Made by a program: the position numbers and the translations under genes. A stretch of 64,000 nucleotides of DNA from Akkermansia muciniphila. Its GTDB lineage: Bacteria > Verrucomicrobiota > Verrucomicrobiia > Limisphaerales > SIAT01. The stretch covers positions 11,168 to 75,167 of the forward strand of contig CAMDJP010000001.1 of the NCBI GenBank assembly GCA_945900775.1. The letters are read 5' to 3'. The first letter of the stretch is position 1; every line of letters begins with the position of its first letter. Shown here piece after piece: positions 38,602-48,463 of this stretch. The notes beneath the pieces were generated by a model. It saw only the letters and a program-made list of their open reading frames with translations, was not told the origin of the DNA and searched no databases.

Positions 38602-39639
38602 TCAGTCGGTGAGGTCCTTGGCGGTCTTCAGTCTCATCTCAAGCTTCTTGACCACCTTTAGGGCGTAATTCACCGCTCCTTCTTCCGTCTGCGTAGCAGA
38701 CGGCCGTGTAATGATTTGTGCTGCAGCGATGATGTCGCCGTTTTTATCGCGGAGCGGCAGGCTAACGATGACGGCTTCAGCACTTTTTAGGTAGTAGTTT
38801 TTCCCTTTCGCGAGCGCATCCTTTGGGGCTTTTTCGGCGGGAGCCCCGACAACCTTCTCGTCGTGACTGGCAATCACACGCGGCTCTTCACCTTCCTTTG
38901 CAGCAGCGACAATGCGAAGCCCCGTGAGCTTGTCGTCGGCATCGAGCGTTTCACGCACCACAAGCCTCGCCAAAGCCTCCTTGACCGTTACGCGAGACTC
39001 CGTGAATTGCACGCGAGTGTCGGAGCGCGTCCAAAAAGCGATTTTGCCCGCAGGAAAAATCGGCGCCGTTGCGGGGTCGAGCGTGAGGTCGTAGCCACGC
39101 CCATTCAGCGTCCATGCAATGCGACCGCCCTCCGCGGTGAAGGTGAGTTCCTGCCAGCCATTTTCAGAGAGAGGAATGTTTTCACCGACCAATCCGCTTT
39201 TAGCTTCGCCATCTTTGAATATGGTGAAAAAAACCTTCCGATCTTTCGGCCGAACGGCCAGAAGATAGAAATTCTTCTCGTCCACCATCCGGAACGCCAT
39301 GCCCGCCGCCTGAGTGCCGCGTCCGCCTAGGATCTGGAATCGAACCGAGAATGTGAAGTTTCGATAGTCGAATGATTCAGAGATGAGCAATGGCAGGCGG
39401 CTGTCATCGGCATCTTCACCGAGATGAGCGAGAACCGGCTGCTTTGTCTCACCACCTTTTCCGGGCACGGGGCCGAGGGTGATTTGCCATTGGCTTGGTT
39501 TTGTCGCCCCAAGAACCGAACTGCGGAAACCTTTGGGCGCTTGGCCGGTCGGTGTCTTTGTGAAGTCGAAAGGGCTCTCGGCAATCTGGGCAAAGCCAGT
39601 TGTAGCCGCCGCAAGGAACAGAATCAGAAGGCGCAGCAT
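38602..39639 (-). CDS. Exported protein: DUF1080/ConA-like domain plus possible PDC/Cache-like C-terminal domain
   Basis: Signal peptide from ATG 39639; FSVRF, AGMAFR, W.EL and GKIAFW strands; C-terminal VIAS...VSLPLRDKNGDII. Confidence 0.6.
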   Translation of the reverse strand: MLRLLILFLAAATTGFAQIAESPFDFTKTPTGQAPKGFRSSVLGATKPSQWQITLGPVPGKGGETKQPVLAHLGEDADDSRLPLLISESFDYRNFTFSVRFQILGGRGTQAAGMAFRMVDEKNFYLLAVRPKDRKVFFTIFKDGEAKSGLVGENIPLSENGWQELTFTAEGGRIAWTLNGRGYDLTLDPATAPIFPAGKIAFWTRSDTRVQFTESRVTVKEALARLVVRETLDADDKLTGLRIVAAAKEGEEPRVIASHDEKVVGAPAEKAPKDALAKGKNYYLKSAEAVIVSLPLRDKNGDIIAAAQIITRPSATQTEEGAVNYALKVVKKLEMRLKTAKDLTD

Positions 39640-39723
39640 GACGTGGTCGAGCGTGGCAAAAAAACAAACGGGCGGCAAGTGCGGCCCGTTTGTTGAAGGG
39701 CGGTCAAGGAATTTGGCAGGCGC

Positions 39724-41598
39724 TTATTTCTCGCGATAGATCATGTCGGCCACAGTACGGCCGGCGGGGATGAACGGCAGCACGTGCTCGGTGTACGGAG
39801 TGATGACGTCCAGGACGTACGGCTCGTCTGTTGCGAGCATCCGCTGGAGCGCAGCGCGGAGGTCTTTCCGGTACATCACGCGCTCGCACTTCACATTAAA
39901 GGCCTTGGCCATCTGCACGTAATCGGGATAAATTTGATTCATGTTCGCCGGGTCACCGAGGTAGGTGTGCCCGCGGTTGCCGGCATAGAAACGGTCTTCC
40001 CACTGCACGACCATTCCGAGGTGCTGGTTGTTCAGGATGATGGCCTTCGCGGCAATCTTCTCGATATGCGCCGTGGCTAACTCCTGCACGTTCATCAGGA
40101 AGGAACCATCGCCGTCGATGTCTATGACCTGCTTGTCGGGCCGTGCGACCTTGATACCGATGGCGGAAGGGTAGCCGAAGCCCATCGCCCCAAGGCCAGC
40201 GCTGGTGATGAACTGGCGCGGAAACTTGTACTGGTACCACTGGCCGGCCCACATCTGATGCTGGCCCACGCCGGTGGTGATAATGGCCTCGCCTTGCGTC
40301 AACTCGTAGAGCATCTCAATCACTATCTGCGGCAGAATGACCTCGTTTTCCTTGCCCTGCAGATGCTCGCGCATGTGATGCGACTTCGTCATCCCCTCGG
40401 TGACATGGTAGCTGAAGGGCGCCTTCGCCTTCCATTTCACAACCTGCGCATGCCAAGGGGAAAACTTCTTCGCAATGGGCCGCTTGACAATCATCTTGTT
40501 CAGGCGATCAAGGGCGTACTTGATGTCGCTGATGATGGGTAGGTGGACGAACTTATTCTTGTTGTGCTCGCAGGGGTCAATGTCCACGTGAACGATGGTG
40601 CCGGTCTCGCAGAACTTCTCGACCTTGCCCGTCACTCGGTCGTCGAATCGAACACCGAAGGCGAGCAGAAGATCCGCCCCGTCGGCGATTTTTTCCGCCG
40701 GCGCCGTGGGGTTCGTGCGCAGCTTGAATTCACCGCTCACGGCCCAGTTCGCGTAAGCCGCACCGTGCATTCCGAGCCAGCGCAGTGAGAGTGGATGCGT
40801 CTCCGGAAAGGCACCAATGCCCATCAACGTTGTCGTGACGGGAATCTGCGCCGCCTCGGCAAACTTGAACAGTTCAGCCGTCGCCTCGCCGGTGATGATG
40901 CCGCCGCCGACGTAGAGCACCGGCCGCTCGGCTTTCTCGATGAGGCCGATGATTTCGTTGAGGGCCAGATCGTCCGCCTTGGGCGGAGCAGGGTAGCCGC
41001 GCAAACTGATTTCACTGGGCCACACGGGCTGCGCGCGTTGCTGCTGGAGGTTCTTGGGAAAATCGACCACTACAGGCCCGGGGCGCCCCGACTGCGCGAC
41101 GTGAAATGCTTCTTTGATGATGCGCGGGATGTCGTTGATATCGGTGATGAGATAACTGTGCTTCACAATGGGCAGTGTCATCCCAAAGAAGTCCGTTTCC
41201 TGAAATGCGCCTTTGCCGATCATCGCTTGCGGCACCTGGCCGGTGATTGCAATGAGCGGCACCGAATCCATGTACGCGTCTGCGATGGCAGTGACGAGGT
41301 TGGTTGCGCCGGGACCACTGGTGGCCATGCAGACGCCGGCCTTGCCACAAGCCCGTGCGTAACCTTCGGCCGCGAACGAGCCACCCTGCTCGTGCCGAGG
41401 CAGGATGGTACGGATTTGCTTCGAGCGCGTGAGAGCTTGGTGTAATTCCATGCTCGCACCGCCGGGGTAGGCGAAAATGACCTCCACGCCTTCGCGTTCT
41501 AGCGCGGCGACAAGGATTTCGCTGCCGAGCATCGGATGTCCGAGCTCAGATTTACTGGGCGCGGCTGTCTTCTTCGCTTTCGTCGTTGTCTTGCTCAT
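39724..41598 (-). CDS. ilvB: Acetolactate synthase large subunit
   Basis: [38 protein letters not shown] and [12 protein letters not shown] motifs. Confidence 0.97.
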   Translation of the reverse strand: MSKTTTKAKKTAAPSKSELGHPMLGSEILVAALEREGVEVIFAYPGGASMELHQALTRSKQIRTILPRHEQGGSFAAEGYARACGKAGVCMATSGPGATNLVTAIADAYMDSVPLIAITGQVPQAMIGKGAFQETDFFGMTLPIVKHSYLITDINDIPRIIKEAFHVAQSGRPGPVVVDFPKNLQQQRAQPVWPSEISLRGYPAPPKADDLALNEIIGLIEKAERPVLYVGGGIITGEATAELFKFAEAAQIPVTTTLMGIGAFPETHPLSLRWLGMHGAAYANWAVSGEFKLRTNPTAPAEKIADGADLLLAFGVRFDDRVTGKVEKFCETGTIVHVDIDPCEHNKNKFVHLPIISDIKYALDRLNKMIVKRPIAKKFSPWHAQVVKWKAKAPFSYHVTEGMTKSHHMREHLQGKENEVILPQIVIEMLYELTQGEAIITTGVGQHQMWAGQWYQYKFPRQFITSAGLGAMGFGYPSAIGIKVARPDKQVIDIDGDGSFLMNVQELATAHIEKIAAKAIILNNQHLGMVVQWEDRFYAGNRGHTYLGDPANMNQIYPDYVQMAKAFNVKCERVMYRKDLRAALQRMLATDEPYVLDVITPYTEHVLPFIPAGRTVADMIYREK

Positions 41599-41631
41599 TG
41601 TGTTTTGCGGTTTTGACTGGAGCCGCAGGCG

Positions 41632-41666
41632 AAACAAAAACCCACGGCCGTTACCAGCCGTGGGTT
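41632..41666 (-). terminator. Attenuator terminator upstream of ilvB
   Basis: Minus strand: AACCCACGGC-TGGTAACG-GCCGTGGGTT followed by TTTGTTT. Confidence 0.9.
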
Positions 41667-41682
41667 CCTGTCGAAATCTTCA

Positions 41683-41760
41683 CTAATTACGACAGGTACC
41701 CGCGGCGTCGCCAGTTACGACGACTGCCACTACAACGACCTGTCGAACATTCTCCAACAT
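41683..41760 (-). CDS. ilvB leader peptide MLENVRQVVVVAVVVTGDAAGTCRN (25 aa)
   Basis: ATG at 41760, TAG at 41685-41683; 8 Val codons; adjoins the antiterminator and terminator helices. Confidence 0.9.
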   Translation of the reverse strand: MLENVRQVVVVAVVVTGDAAGTCRN

Positions 41761-41767
41761 CCTGTAG

Positions 41768-41797
41768 AGCGTAGCCACCAACCTGAGGTCGGGTCAA
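41768..41797 (-). promoter_or_regulatory. Putative sigma70 promoter of the ilv leader (TTGACC-N18-TACGCT)
   Basis: -10 ends 7 nt before the leader ATG. Confidence 0.6.
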
Positions 41798-41906
41798 GCC
41801 TGCTTTCAGCCTCCGACGAGCTTGCGACTAAGTTCCCAGAGGGCAACTCGCCAATCAGTTATAGGCGATCCGAGCGGAGCGTAACTCGCCGCGGATCAGT
41901 TCTACA

Positions 41907-42974
41907 TCAGTGGCTATCTATGTCGCGAAACGGCGAGGGTTCCTGTTGGCTGATGCAGTGGAAGGAGCCGAGGCCCCAGATCAGCTCGGTGGAGTCGACG
42001 CCGATGATCTTGCGATCCGGGAATTCGCGCTGGAGTATCCCGAGTGCCGTGGCGTCGTTCGCGTGGCGGAAGGTCGGTACGACGACGATTTGGTTCGCGA
42101 TGTAGAAGTTTGCATAGCTGGCCGGGAGGCGCTGTCCGTCGTACTCGACGAGTCCGGGCATCGGCAACTCCACCACACGCAGCGGCCGCCCATCTTGATC
42201 CTTCATCGAGCGAAGTCGGTGGAGGTTCTCTTGCAGCAACGCGTGGTTCGCGTCCGCTGGATCCTCTTCTACCACCGTCACGACAGTGGTCGGGCTCACG
42301 AATCGGGTGAGGTCGTCCACGTGACCGTCGGTGTCGTCACCCACGATACCGTCGCCGAGCCAGAGAATGTTTGTCACGCCGAGGTAGTCTTTGAGGAACT
42401 GTTCGATCTGCGGCTTGCCGAGGTGCGGGTTGCGGTTCGGGTTGAGCAGGCAGCTCTCCGTGGTGAGGAGCGTGCCACAGCCGTTCACCTCGAGCGCACC
42501 CCCTTCCATCACGATGCCGGGTGAGAAGAGCGGCAGATCGCGTAGTTTGGCCACGTGCTGGGGGACGGCGTCGTCGAGGTCGAACGGAGGATACTTGTTG
42601 CCCCAGGCGTTGTAACCCCAGTCTACGACGGCGCGCTCCTTCCTTCCACTGTGCTCGCGGACGAGGAAAATCGGACCGTGGTCGCGGCACCATGGCTCAT
42701 AGGCGGGGAAGTGATGAAAATGGACGCGCTCGAGCGGCGTCTTCTCCTTCTGCAGAAGGTTTCGGACCCACTGTTCCATCTCCGCATGCCAGACGTTGAT
42801 GTGGACCTCCTCGACCTTGACGAGCTCCTTGATCAATGCGGCGTAGACGGGCGGGACGCTGTCGTACTTGTCCGGAAAACTAATCCCCTCCGGGCGCGGC
42901 CAGGTGAGCCAGGTGCCGACGTGAGGCTCCCATTCTGCGGGCATATGGTAACCAAGCTGGGTAGGGGTCTTCAT
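41907..42974 (-). CDS. aguA: Agmatine deiminase family protein
   Basis: MPAEWEPH, WCRDHGP, MEGGA, DDTDGHVD, ASYANFY and GSFHCISQQ motifs. Confidence 0.93.
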   Translation of the reverse strand: MKTPTQLGYHMPAEWEPHVGTWLTWPRPEGISFPDKYDSVPPVYAALIKELVKVEEVHINVWHAEMEQWVRNLLQKEKTPLERVHFHHFPAYEPWCRDHGPIFLVREHSGRKERAVVDWGYNAWGNKYPPFDLDDAVPQHVAKLRDLPLFSPGIVMEGGALEVNGCGTLLTTESCLLNPNRNPHLGKPQIEQFLKDYLGVTNILWLGDGIVGDDTDGHVDDLTRFVSPTTVVTVVEEDPADANHALLQENLHRLRSMKDQDGRPLRVVELPMPGLVEYDGQRLPASYANFYIANQIVVVPTFRHANDATALGILQREFPDRKIIGVDSTELIWGLGSFHCISQQEPSPFRDIDSH

Positions 42975-43115
42975 GAAATTCTTTGTGTCTCGCAAATCAC
43001 CGGAGTGATGCGCGAGAAACGTAAGATCAAGAATGTCGCGCGGAAAGTGAATTGTGAGCGGCACATTCCTAAGCCCGCTTGCCTTTCAAATCTGTTCGGG
43101 CAAGCTGCTCGTGTT

Positions 43116-44771
43116 TTGAAATCGGCCACCTATCGTCAACGCCTCGCCTATGCGGCGGCCGCTGGAGTGCTGCTCACACTTGCATTCCCTCGATTCAATT
43201 TGTCGGCTTTCGCGTGGGTGGTGCCCGGTTTGTGGCTCCTCACCTCGGCGGGCGTCTCTCCCCGGGAGGCGTTCAAAATTGGCTACGCCGGGGGGTTGGC
43301 GCACTACCTCAGCTCGCTCCATTGGCTTCTCCACCTCCCGTTCCCGCAGACCGCCTGGCTCGGTTGGCTGGCGTTGAGTGGGTACTGCGCCCTCTACCCA
43401 GCGACATGGATTTGGCTCTGCTGGAAACTGGCGCCAACATCACGAGTCACTTTCGATGCGAAAATCCCAGCCGCGCATTACCCCTGCTTGGATTCGCTTT
43501 TCGCCGCCGGATGGTGTCAGCGGCAACTCTGGCTCCTCCTCTGTGCCGCTGCGTGGGCGGCCTTGGAATTAACGCGCGGGCAGTTCCTCACCGGGTTCCC
43601 TTGGAACTTCCTCGGCGTATCGCATCATCAGATCTTGCCTCTGGTGCAGATTGCCTCCGTGACGGGGGTGCTCGGCCTGTCCTTTCTTTTGGTTTGGTTC
43701 TCAGTCGGGCTGCTCTGCGCGGTGACGAGCATCATTCGCCGACCAACGGAGCGCTGGGCGTGGCTAGGGGAAACATTTTGTCCCATCACCGCGCTGATGC
43801 TCGTGGTCGGTTGGGGATTTCTTGAAGTCTCACGGAAAGAATCGGATGTACGTTATTTACGGGTGGCACTGGTGCAGCCGAGTATTCCGCAGAAGATAAA
43901 ATTCAATCCGGAAGAGAATGCAAAGGCATTCCAACGAGTCTTGAATTTGTCTGAGGTGGCACTGGCGACGAAACCTGATCTGCTCATCTGGCCCGAGGCG
44001 GTGGCGCCGGGCTTCCTGCGTTACGACGAAAAGCTGCTCGCGACCGTGACAAATCTGGCGCGGACCAACAATGTCTGGATTCTCCTCGGTGCGGACGATG
44101 CCGAGCGGCGGAAGGACGATTCGCAGGAGGCGAATTATTTCAATAGCGCATTCCTCGTCTCACCCGAGGGAAAACTGGCGGGTAAATATGACAAGCGGCA
44201 CCTCGTAATTTTTGGCGAGTATGTGCCGCTGGCAAAATGGCTTCCTTTCTTGAAATGGCTCACACCCATCGGCGAAGGCTTTACTCCAGGAACGGTGCCG
44301 GCACGTTTTAACCTATTGCATGGGGCGCATCGAACAAGGTTGACGACGTTGATTTGCTTTGAAGACTTGCTGCCTCATCTCGCCCGCGAAAGCGCAGCGA
44401 ACGCGGATATTCTGGTGAATCTGACGAACGACGGGTGGTTCGGCGAAAGCGCGCAACAGTGGCAGCACGCGGCCAACGCGGCTTTCCGTGCCGTGGAAAC
44501 GGGTCGACCGCTGGTGCGCTGCACGAACAACGGCCTGACTTGCTGGGTGGACACGCGCGGGCGGTTTCACGAAACTCACTTCGGCGATTCGCCAGATATT
44601 TATGGTGCGGGTTTTAAGACGGTGCTCATTCCCATTGGGTCGCCGATTGAGACGTTCTACCAGCGCTACGGCGATTGGTTTGGCTGGAGCTGCGCGGCAG
44701 TGACATTGCTGGCGTGGCTGTTGGCTGAGCGCTCCAAAAAAGGCTGGGCAAGCGCAGCCGGCAGACCCTAA
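43116..44771 (+). CDS. lnt: Apolipoprotein N-acyltransferase (start uncertain; TTG 43116 suggested)
   Basis: TGFPW, WPE, YDKRHLVxFGEYVP, ICFE, TNDGWF and RAVE motifs; the longer ORF overlaps aguA on the opposite strand. Confidence 0.92.
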   Translation: MKSATYRQRLAYAAAAGVLLTLAFPRFNLSAFAWVVPGLWLLTSAGVSPREAFKIGYAGGLAHYLSSLHWLLHLPFPQTAWLGWLALSGYCALYPATWIWLCWKLAPTSRVTFDAKIPAAHYPCLDSLFAAGWCQRQLWLLLCAAAWAALELTRGQFLTGFPWNFLGVSHHQILPLVQIASVTGVLGLSFLLVWFSVGLLCAVTSIIRRPTERWAWLGETFCPITALMLVVGWGFLEVSRKESDVRYLRVALVQPSIPQKIKFNPEENAKAFQRVLNLSEVALATKPDLLIWPEAVAPGFLRYDEKLLATVTNLARTNNVWILLGADDAERRKDDSQEANYFNSAFLVSPEGKLAGKYDKRHLVIFGEYVPLAKWLPFLKWLTPIGEGFTPGTVPARFNLLHGAHRTRLTTLICFEDLLPHLARESAANADILVNLTNDGWFGESAQQWQHAANAAFRAVETGRPLVRCTNNGLTCWVDTRGRFHETHFGDSPDIYGAGFKTVLIPIGSPIETFYQRYGDWFGWSCAAVTLLAWLLAERSKKGWASAAGRP

Positions 44772-44782
44772 CTTCACTGATT

Positions 44783-45932
44783 ATGTTTGACGTCGCAAAA
44801 GCTCGGTTGACGGCACAGTCGGAGAAACTTGCCAACCTGCGGAGGTTTCTTTGACGTCCCAGGCGCGCAGAAGCGGCTAGCGGAGCTGGACTCCCTAATG
44901 GCCGCGGAGGCTTTCTGGAGCAACCGTGAGCAGGCGCAGAAGGTGATCGACGAAGCCGGTGGCTTGCGCAAGAAGATGGAGCCGCTCATCGCGGCGGAAA
45001 AACAGGTAGCCGATTTCTACGTCCTCCTCGAACTAGGTGAAGCCGAGCCTGTGTCCGCACAGATTGGCGTGCTGACAGAACTGAATACGGAACTGGACCA
45101 GTTCGAGAGCCGACTTTCTCAAATGGAATTGCGCGTGCTGCTGAACGGCCCGCACGACAAGAAGAACTGCATCTTTTCCATCAACGCCGGCGCGGGTGGA
45201 ACGGAATCGTGCGACTGGGCGAACATGATGCTGCGCATGTACCAGCGCTGGGGCGAGAGCCGCGGGTGGCAGGTGGAGGTGACCGACGCGCTTCCCGGCG
45301 AGGTGGCAGGCATCAAGAGCGTCACGCTGCTTGTCACCGGTGAAAATGCCTACGGTTTTTGCAAAGCTGAACGCGGCGTGCACCGTCTGGTCCGCATTTC
45401 GCCCTTCGACTCGAACAAGCGCCGCCATACGAGCTTCGCCAGCGTGGACGTGATTGCCGAGATTGAAGAGACCAATTCCGACATTGTGATTCCACCGGTT
45501 GAATTGCAGGTGGACACGTTCCGATCCGGCGGCAAAGGGGGCCAAAACGTGAACAAGGTGGAAACCGCCGTGCGCATCACCCACCTACCAACTGGCCTCG
45601 TGGCTGCGAGCCAGAGCCAACGTTCGCAGCATCAGAACCGCGCTACGGCGATGAAAATGCTGCTCTCGAAGCTCTACGCAAAACGTGTAGACGAGCAGAA
45701 AGCGGAGATGGAGCGCTTCTACGGCGACAAGGGCAGCATCTCGTGGGGCAATCAGATCCGCAGCTACGTCCTCCAGCCTTACCAGTTGGTCAAGGATCTG
45801 CGAACGGGTGTGCAGACGAGCGATGTGCAGGGTGTGCTGGATGGTGAGATGGACCCGTTCGTCGAAGGCTGGCTCAAGGGTGGGTGTCCTTCGAAGAAGA
45901 TGCAGGGCGTGAAGGAGGAGGAGGAGGAATGA
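44783..45932 (+). CDS. prfB: Peptide chain release factor 2, +1 programmed frameshift
   Basis: ATG 44783; GGAGG-TTT-CTT-TGA-C shift site at 44841-44855; SPF and GGQ motifs. Confidence 0.97.
44841..44855 (+). promoter_or_regulatory. RF2 autoregulatory +1 frameshift cassette
   Basis: Internal SD GGAGG, then CTT TGA C. Confidence 0.95.
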
Positions 45933-46729
45933 CGGACATCCTTGCAACTATTGTGGCAGAAAAGCAGCGGGAGATTGCGCGCCTGCCTGTCGCGAATGTG
46001 ACGGTGGAGATGCTCCGTGCAGTGCTTGCAAAGCGTCAAGACCAGCGTGATTTTTTTGGCGCACTCAAGCATGGCAGTGTGGCCTTGATTGCTGAGGTGA
46101 AAAAAGCGTCCCCGTCTGCTGGCGTGATCTGTGCCAACTTCGACCCCGTCCGTATCGCGTGCGAATACGAAGCAGCCGGAGCGAATTGTCTTTCAGTCCT
46201 CACTGATGAGAAGTTTTTCCAAGGGTCGCTCGATTATCTAAGGCGGATTCGCGCGGCTGTGAAGTTGCCGCTGCTCCGCAAAGATTTCATTGTGGATGAG
46301 CGCCAAATTCTCGAGTCAGTCGAGTGGGGCGCAGACGCCATCCTGCTCATCGTGGCGATCCTCGACGATGCGCGCCTGCGCCGGTTTCACGATCTGGCGA
46401 CCGGCGCCGGACTGAGCGTGTTGGTCGAAGTCCATGACGCGCCCGAATTAGAGCGAGCCGTCGCCATCGGAGCACGCTTGATTGGTGTCAATAATCGCGA
46501 CCTGAAAACATTTAAGGTCAATCTCGGAACGACTGAACAACTTGCGGCGAAGCTCCACGCCACCTCGGCAGCGGAATGCCTGGAGAGAGTGTTGGTGGCC
46601 GAGAGTGGCATCCATACACGTGCCGACGTGTCGCGGTTGGCGGGATGCGGCGCGAGGGCGATCTTGGTTGGTGAGTCCTTGATGCGCAGCGGCAGCATCG
46701 CAGGGAAGGTGAAGGAATTAATCGGATGA
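45929..46729 (+). CDS. trpC: Indole-3-glycerol phosphate synthase
   Basis: [33 protein letters not shown] and ESGI motifs. Confidence 0.96.
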   Translation: MTDILATIVAEKQREIARLPVANVTVEMLRAVLAKRQDQRDFFGALKHGSVALIAEVKKASPSAGVICANFDPVRIACEYEAAGANCLSVLTDEKFFQGSLDYLRRIRAAVKLPLLRKDFIVDERQILESVEWGADAILLIVAILDDARLRRFHDLATGAGLSVLVEVHDAPELERAVAIGARLIGVNNRDLKTFKVNLGTTEQLAAKLHATSAAECLERVLVAESGIHTRADVSRLAGCGARAILVGESLMRSGSIAGKVKELIG

Positions 46730-48261
46730 AGAGCCAACTTCGAGTGCTGATCGTGGAGGATTCCGAATTTGACGCTCGAATCCTTGTCAGTCTCTTGCGC
46801 GCCGGTGGCTGCGAGGTGATTTCACGCCGTGTCGAGACGGCTGTCGCATTTACTGAAGCATTGTCGGAGCAACCGTGGGACCTAGTGCTGGCGGATTACA
46901 ATCTGCCGCAATTCAGCGCTCCCGAGGCGTTGAAGCTCCTGCAGGAGCAGGGCGTTGATCTGCCATTTGTGATTATCTCTGGCGGTATCGGCGAGGACAT
47001 CGCTGTAGCTGCGATGAAGGCCGGCGCACACGATTACCTGATGAAGGGCAATCTCACGCGCCTGCTGCCGGCGATTGAGCGCGAATTGCGCGAAGCGGAG
47101 GTCCGATTGGCTCGGAGAGCTGCCGAACACTCGCTCCGCGAGAGCGAAGCGCGCTATCGCCTGTTGTGGGAGACAGCTTCGGACGCGGTGCTCCTGATGG
47201 ACACGGACAGCCGAATCTATTTCGCCAACCCAGCGACCTACCCCGTTTTCGGTTATGTGCCGGAAGAATTGGTCGGGCAAAATCTTGCGATGTTACTGCC
47301 GGAAGAGTCGCAGAAAGCTAGGTCTGATTTGGTGCAGATGCTCCATTCGAGCGTGCGAGAGGCGGGTGACCGGCACCGGCGCGTGATGGAAACTCTCGGC
47401 CAACGGAAAGACGGCACGAGGGTAATCATCGAAATCGCCTTCAACGATATGGAGTTCCAGCACAAGCGCTGGTTCGTCGTCTTCATTCGTGACATCACCG
47501 CGCGCAAACAGGCCGAAGAAGAACTGCGCCAGACCCACGAGCAGTTCCGAGTGGCTCGCGAGATACAGCAGCGCCTCTTTCCGAAGGCTGCACCGCAGTT
47601 GCCTAGCTTCGATATCGCGGGCGTGTCGTATCCAGCCGAGGCGACCGGCGGTGATTACTTCGATTACATTCCGATGCTCAATGGTTGCTGGGGTATTGTG
47701 GTCGGCGACGTCACTGGGCACGGGATTGGTCCGGCGCTCCTGATGGCCGAGACGCGCGCCTATCTAAGACTTCTCGCGCGGAACCGCGATGACGTGGGGG
47801 ATATCCTCACGCGGGCCAATCGCGTGCTAGCAGAGGACGTGGGAAGTGAGCGCTTCGTGACCTTGCTGTTGGCGCAGATTGACCCGGAACGTAGAACCTT
47901 GCGCTACGCTAGTGCGGGGCATCCACCAGCTTATGTGCTGGGGCAGGATGGGGGCTTGCGTGCAGAATTGAAACGCACGGGTGTTCCGCTTGGGATTGAT
48001 TCGGAGACGACTTACACCTCGTCAGAGCCTATTGAGCTGAAAACCGGCGATACGTTGACTTTCCTTACTGATGGCATAGAGGAAACAATGTCACCGAAAA
48101 ACGAGTTTTTCGGAGATGGGCGAGTGCTGGAAGTTTTGCAAGGAAACCGGCATCTTCCGGCTGCCGCGATGGTTGATGCACTGCATCGAGCGGTGCGCGA
48201 ATTTGCTTCGGGCGCACCGCAGATTGACGACTTCACGATTATCGTGATGAAAGTCACCTAG
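46726..48261 (+). CDS. REC-PAS-SpoIIE (RsbU-like PP2C phosphatase) regulator
   Basis: Receiver domain (LIVED, LAD, MKAGAHDY), PAS domain, GGDYFD, GDVTGHG, SAGHPP and TDG motifs. Confidence 0.92.
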   Translation: MKSQLRVLIVEDSEFDARILVSLLRAGGCEVISRRVETAVAFTEALSEQPWDLVLADYNLPQFSAPEALKLLQEQGVDLPFVIISGGIGEDIAVAAMKAGAHDYLMKGNLTRLLPAIERELREAEVRLARRAAEHSLRESEARYRLLWETASDAVLLMDTDSRIYFANPATYPVFGYVPEELVGQNLAMLLPEESQKARSDLVQMLHSSVREAGDRHRRVMETLGQRKDGTRVIIEIAFNDMEFQHKRWFVVFIRDITARKQAEEELRQTHEQFRVAREIQQRLFPKAAPQLPSFDIAGVSYPAEATGGDYFDYIPMLNGCWGIVVGDVTGHGIGPALLMAETRAYLRLLARNRDDVGDILTRANRVLAEDVGSERFVTLLLAQIDPERRTLRYASAGHPPAYVLGQDGGLRAELKRTGVPLGIDSETTYTSSEPIELKTGDTLTFLTDGIEETMSPKNEFFGDGRVLEVLQGNRHLPAAAMVDALHRAVREFASGAPQIDDFTIIVMKVT

Positions 48262-48340
48262 CGGGAAACGCGAAAAGATTTGAAAACGTCGAGCTGACGA
48301 ATAGTATCCCTCTGCGTCTGCTTCAGACAGCGCAATGGTT

Positions 48341-48417
48341 CGGGACGTAGCGTAGCTTGGTAGCGCGCTTCCTTGGGGTGGAAGAGGTCGTGAGTTCAAA
48401 TCTCACCGTCCCGACCA
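48341..48417 (+). tRNA. tRNA-Pro(GGG)
   Basis: CGGGACG/CGTCCCG acceptor stem, CTTCC-TTGGGGT-GGAAG anticodon arm, GTTCAAAT T-loop, encoded CCA. Confidence 0.97.
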
Positions 48418-48463
48418 TTTTGCGCAGAGAAGTCCGGGAGGATTAGTAATTGCACATGCGCTA

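Noticed and set aside
42555-43115. Apparent N-terminal extension of Lnt
   Set aside because: Largely overlaps aguA on the opposite strand; Lnt-like sequence starts near 43116.
44852-44854. In-frame TGA in prfB as a pseudogene or sequencing error
   Set aside because: Textbook RF2 +1 programmed frameshift.
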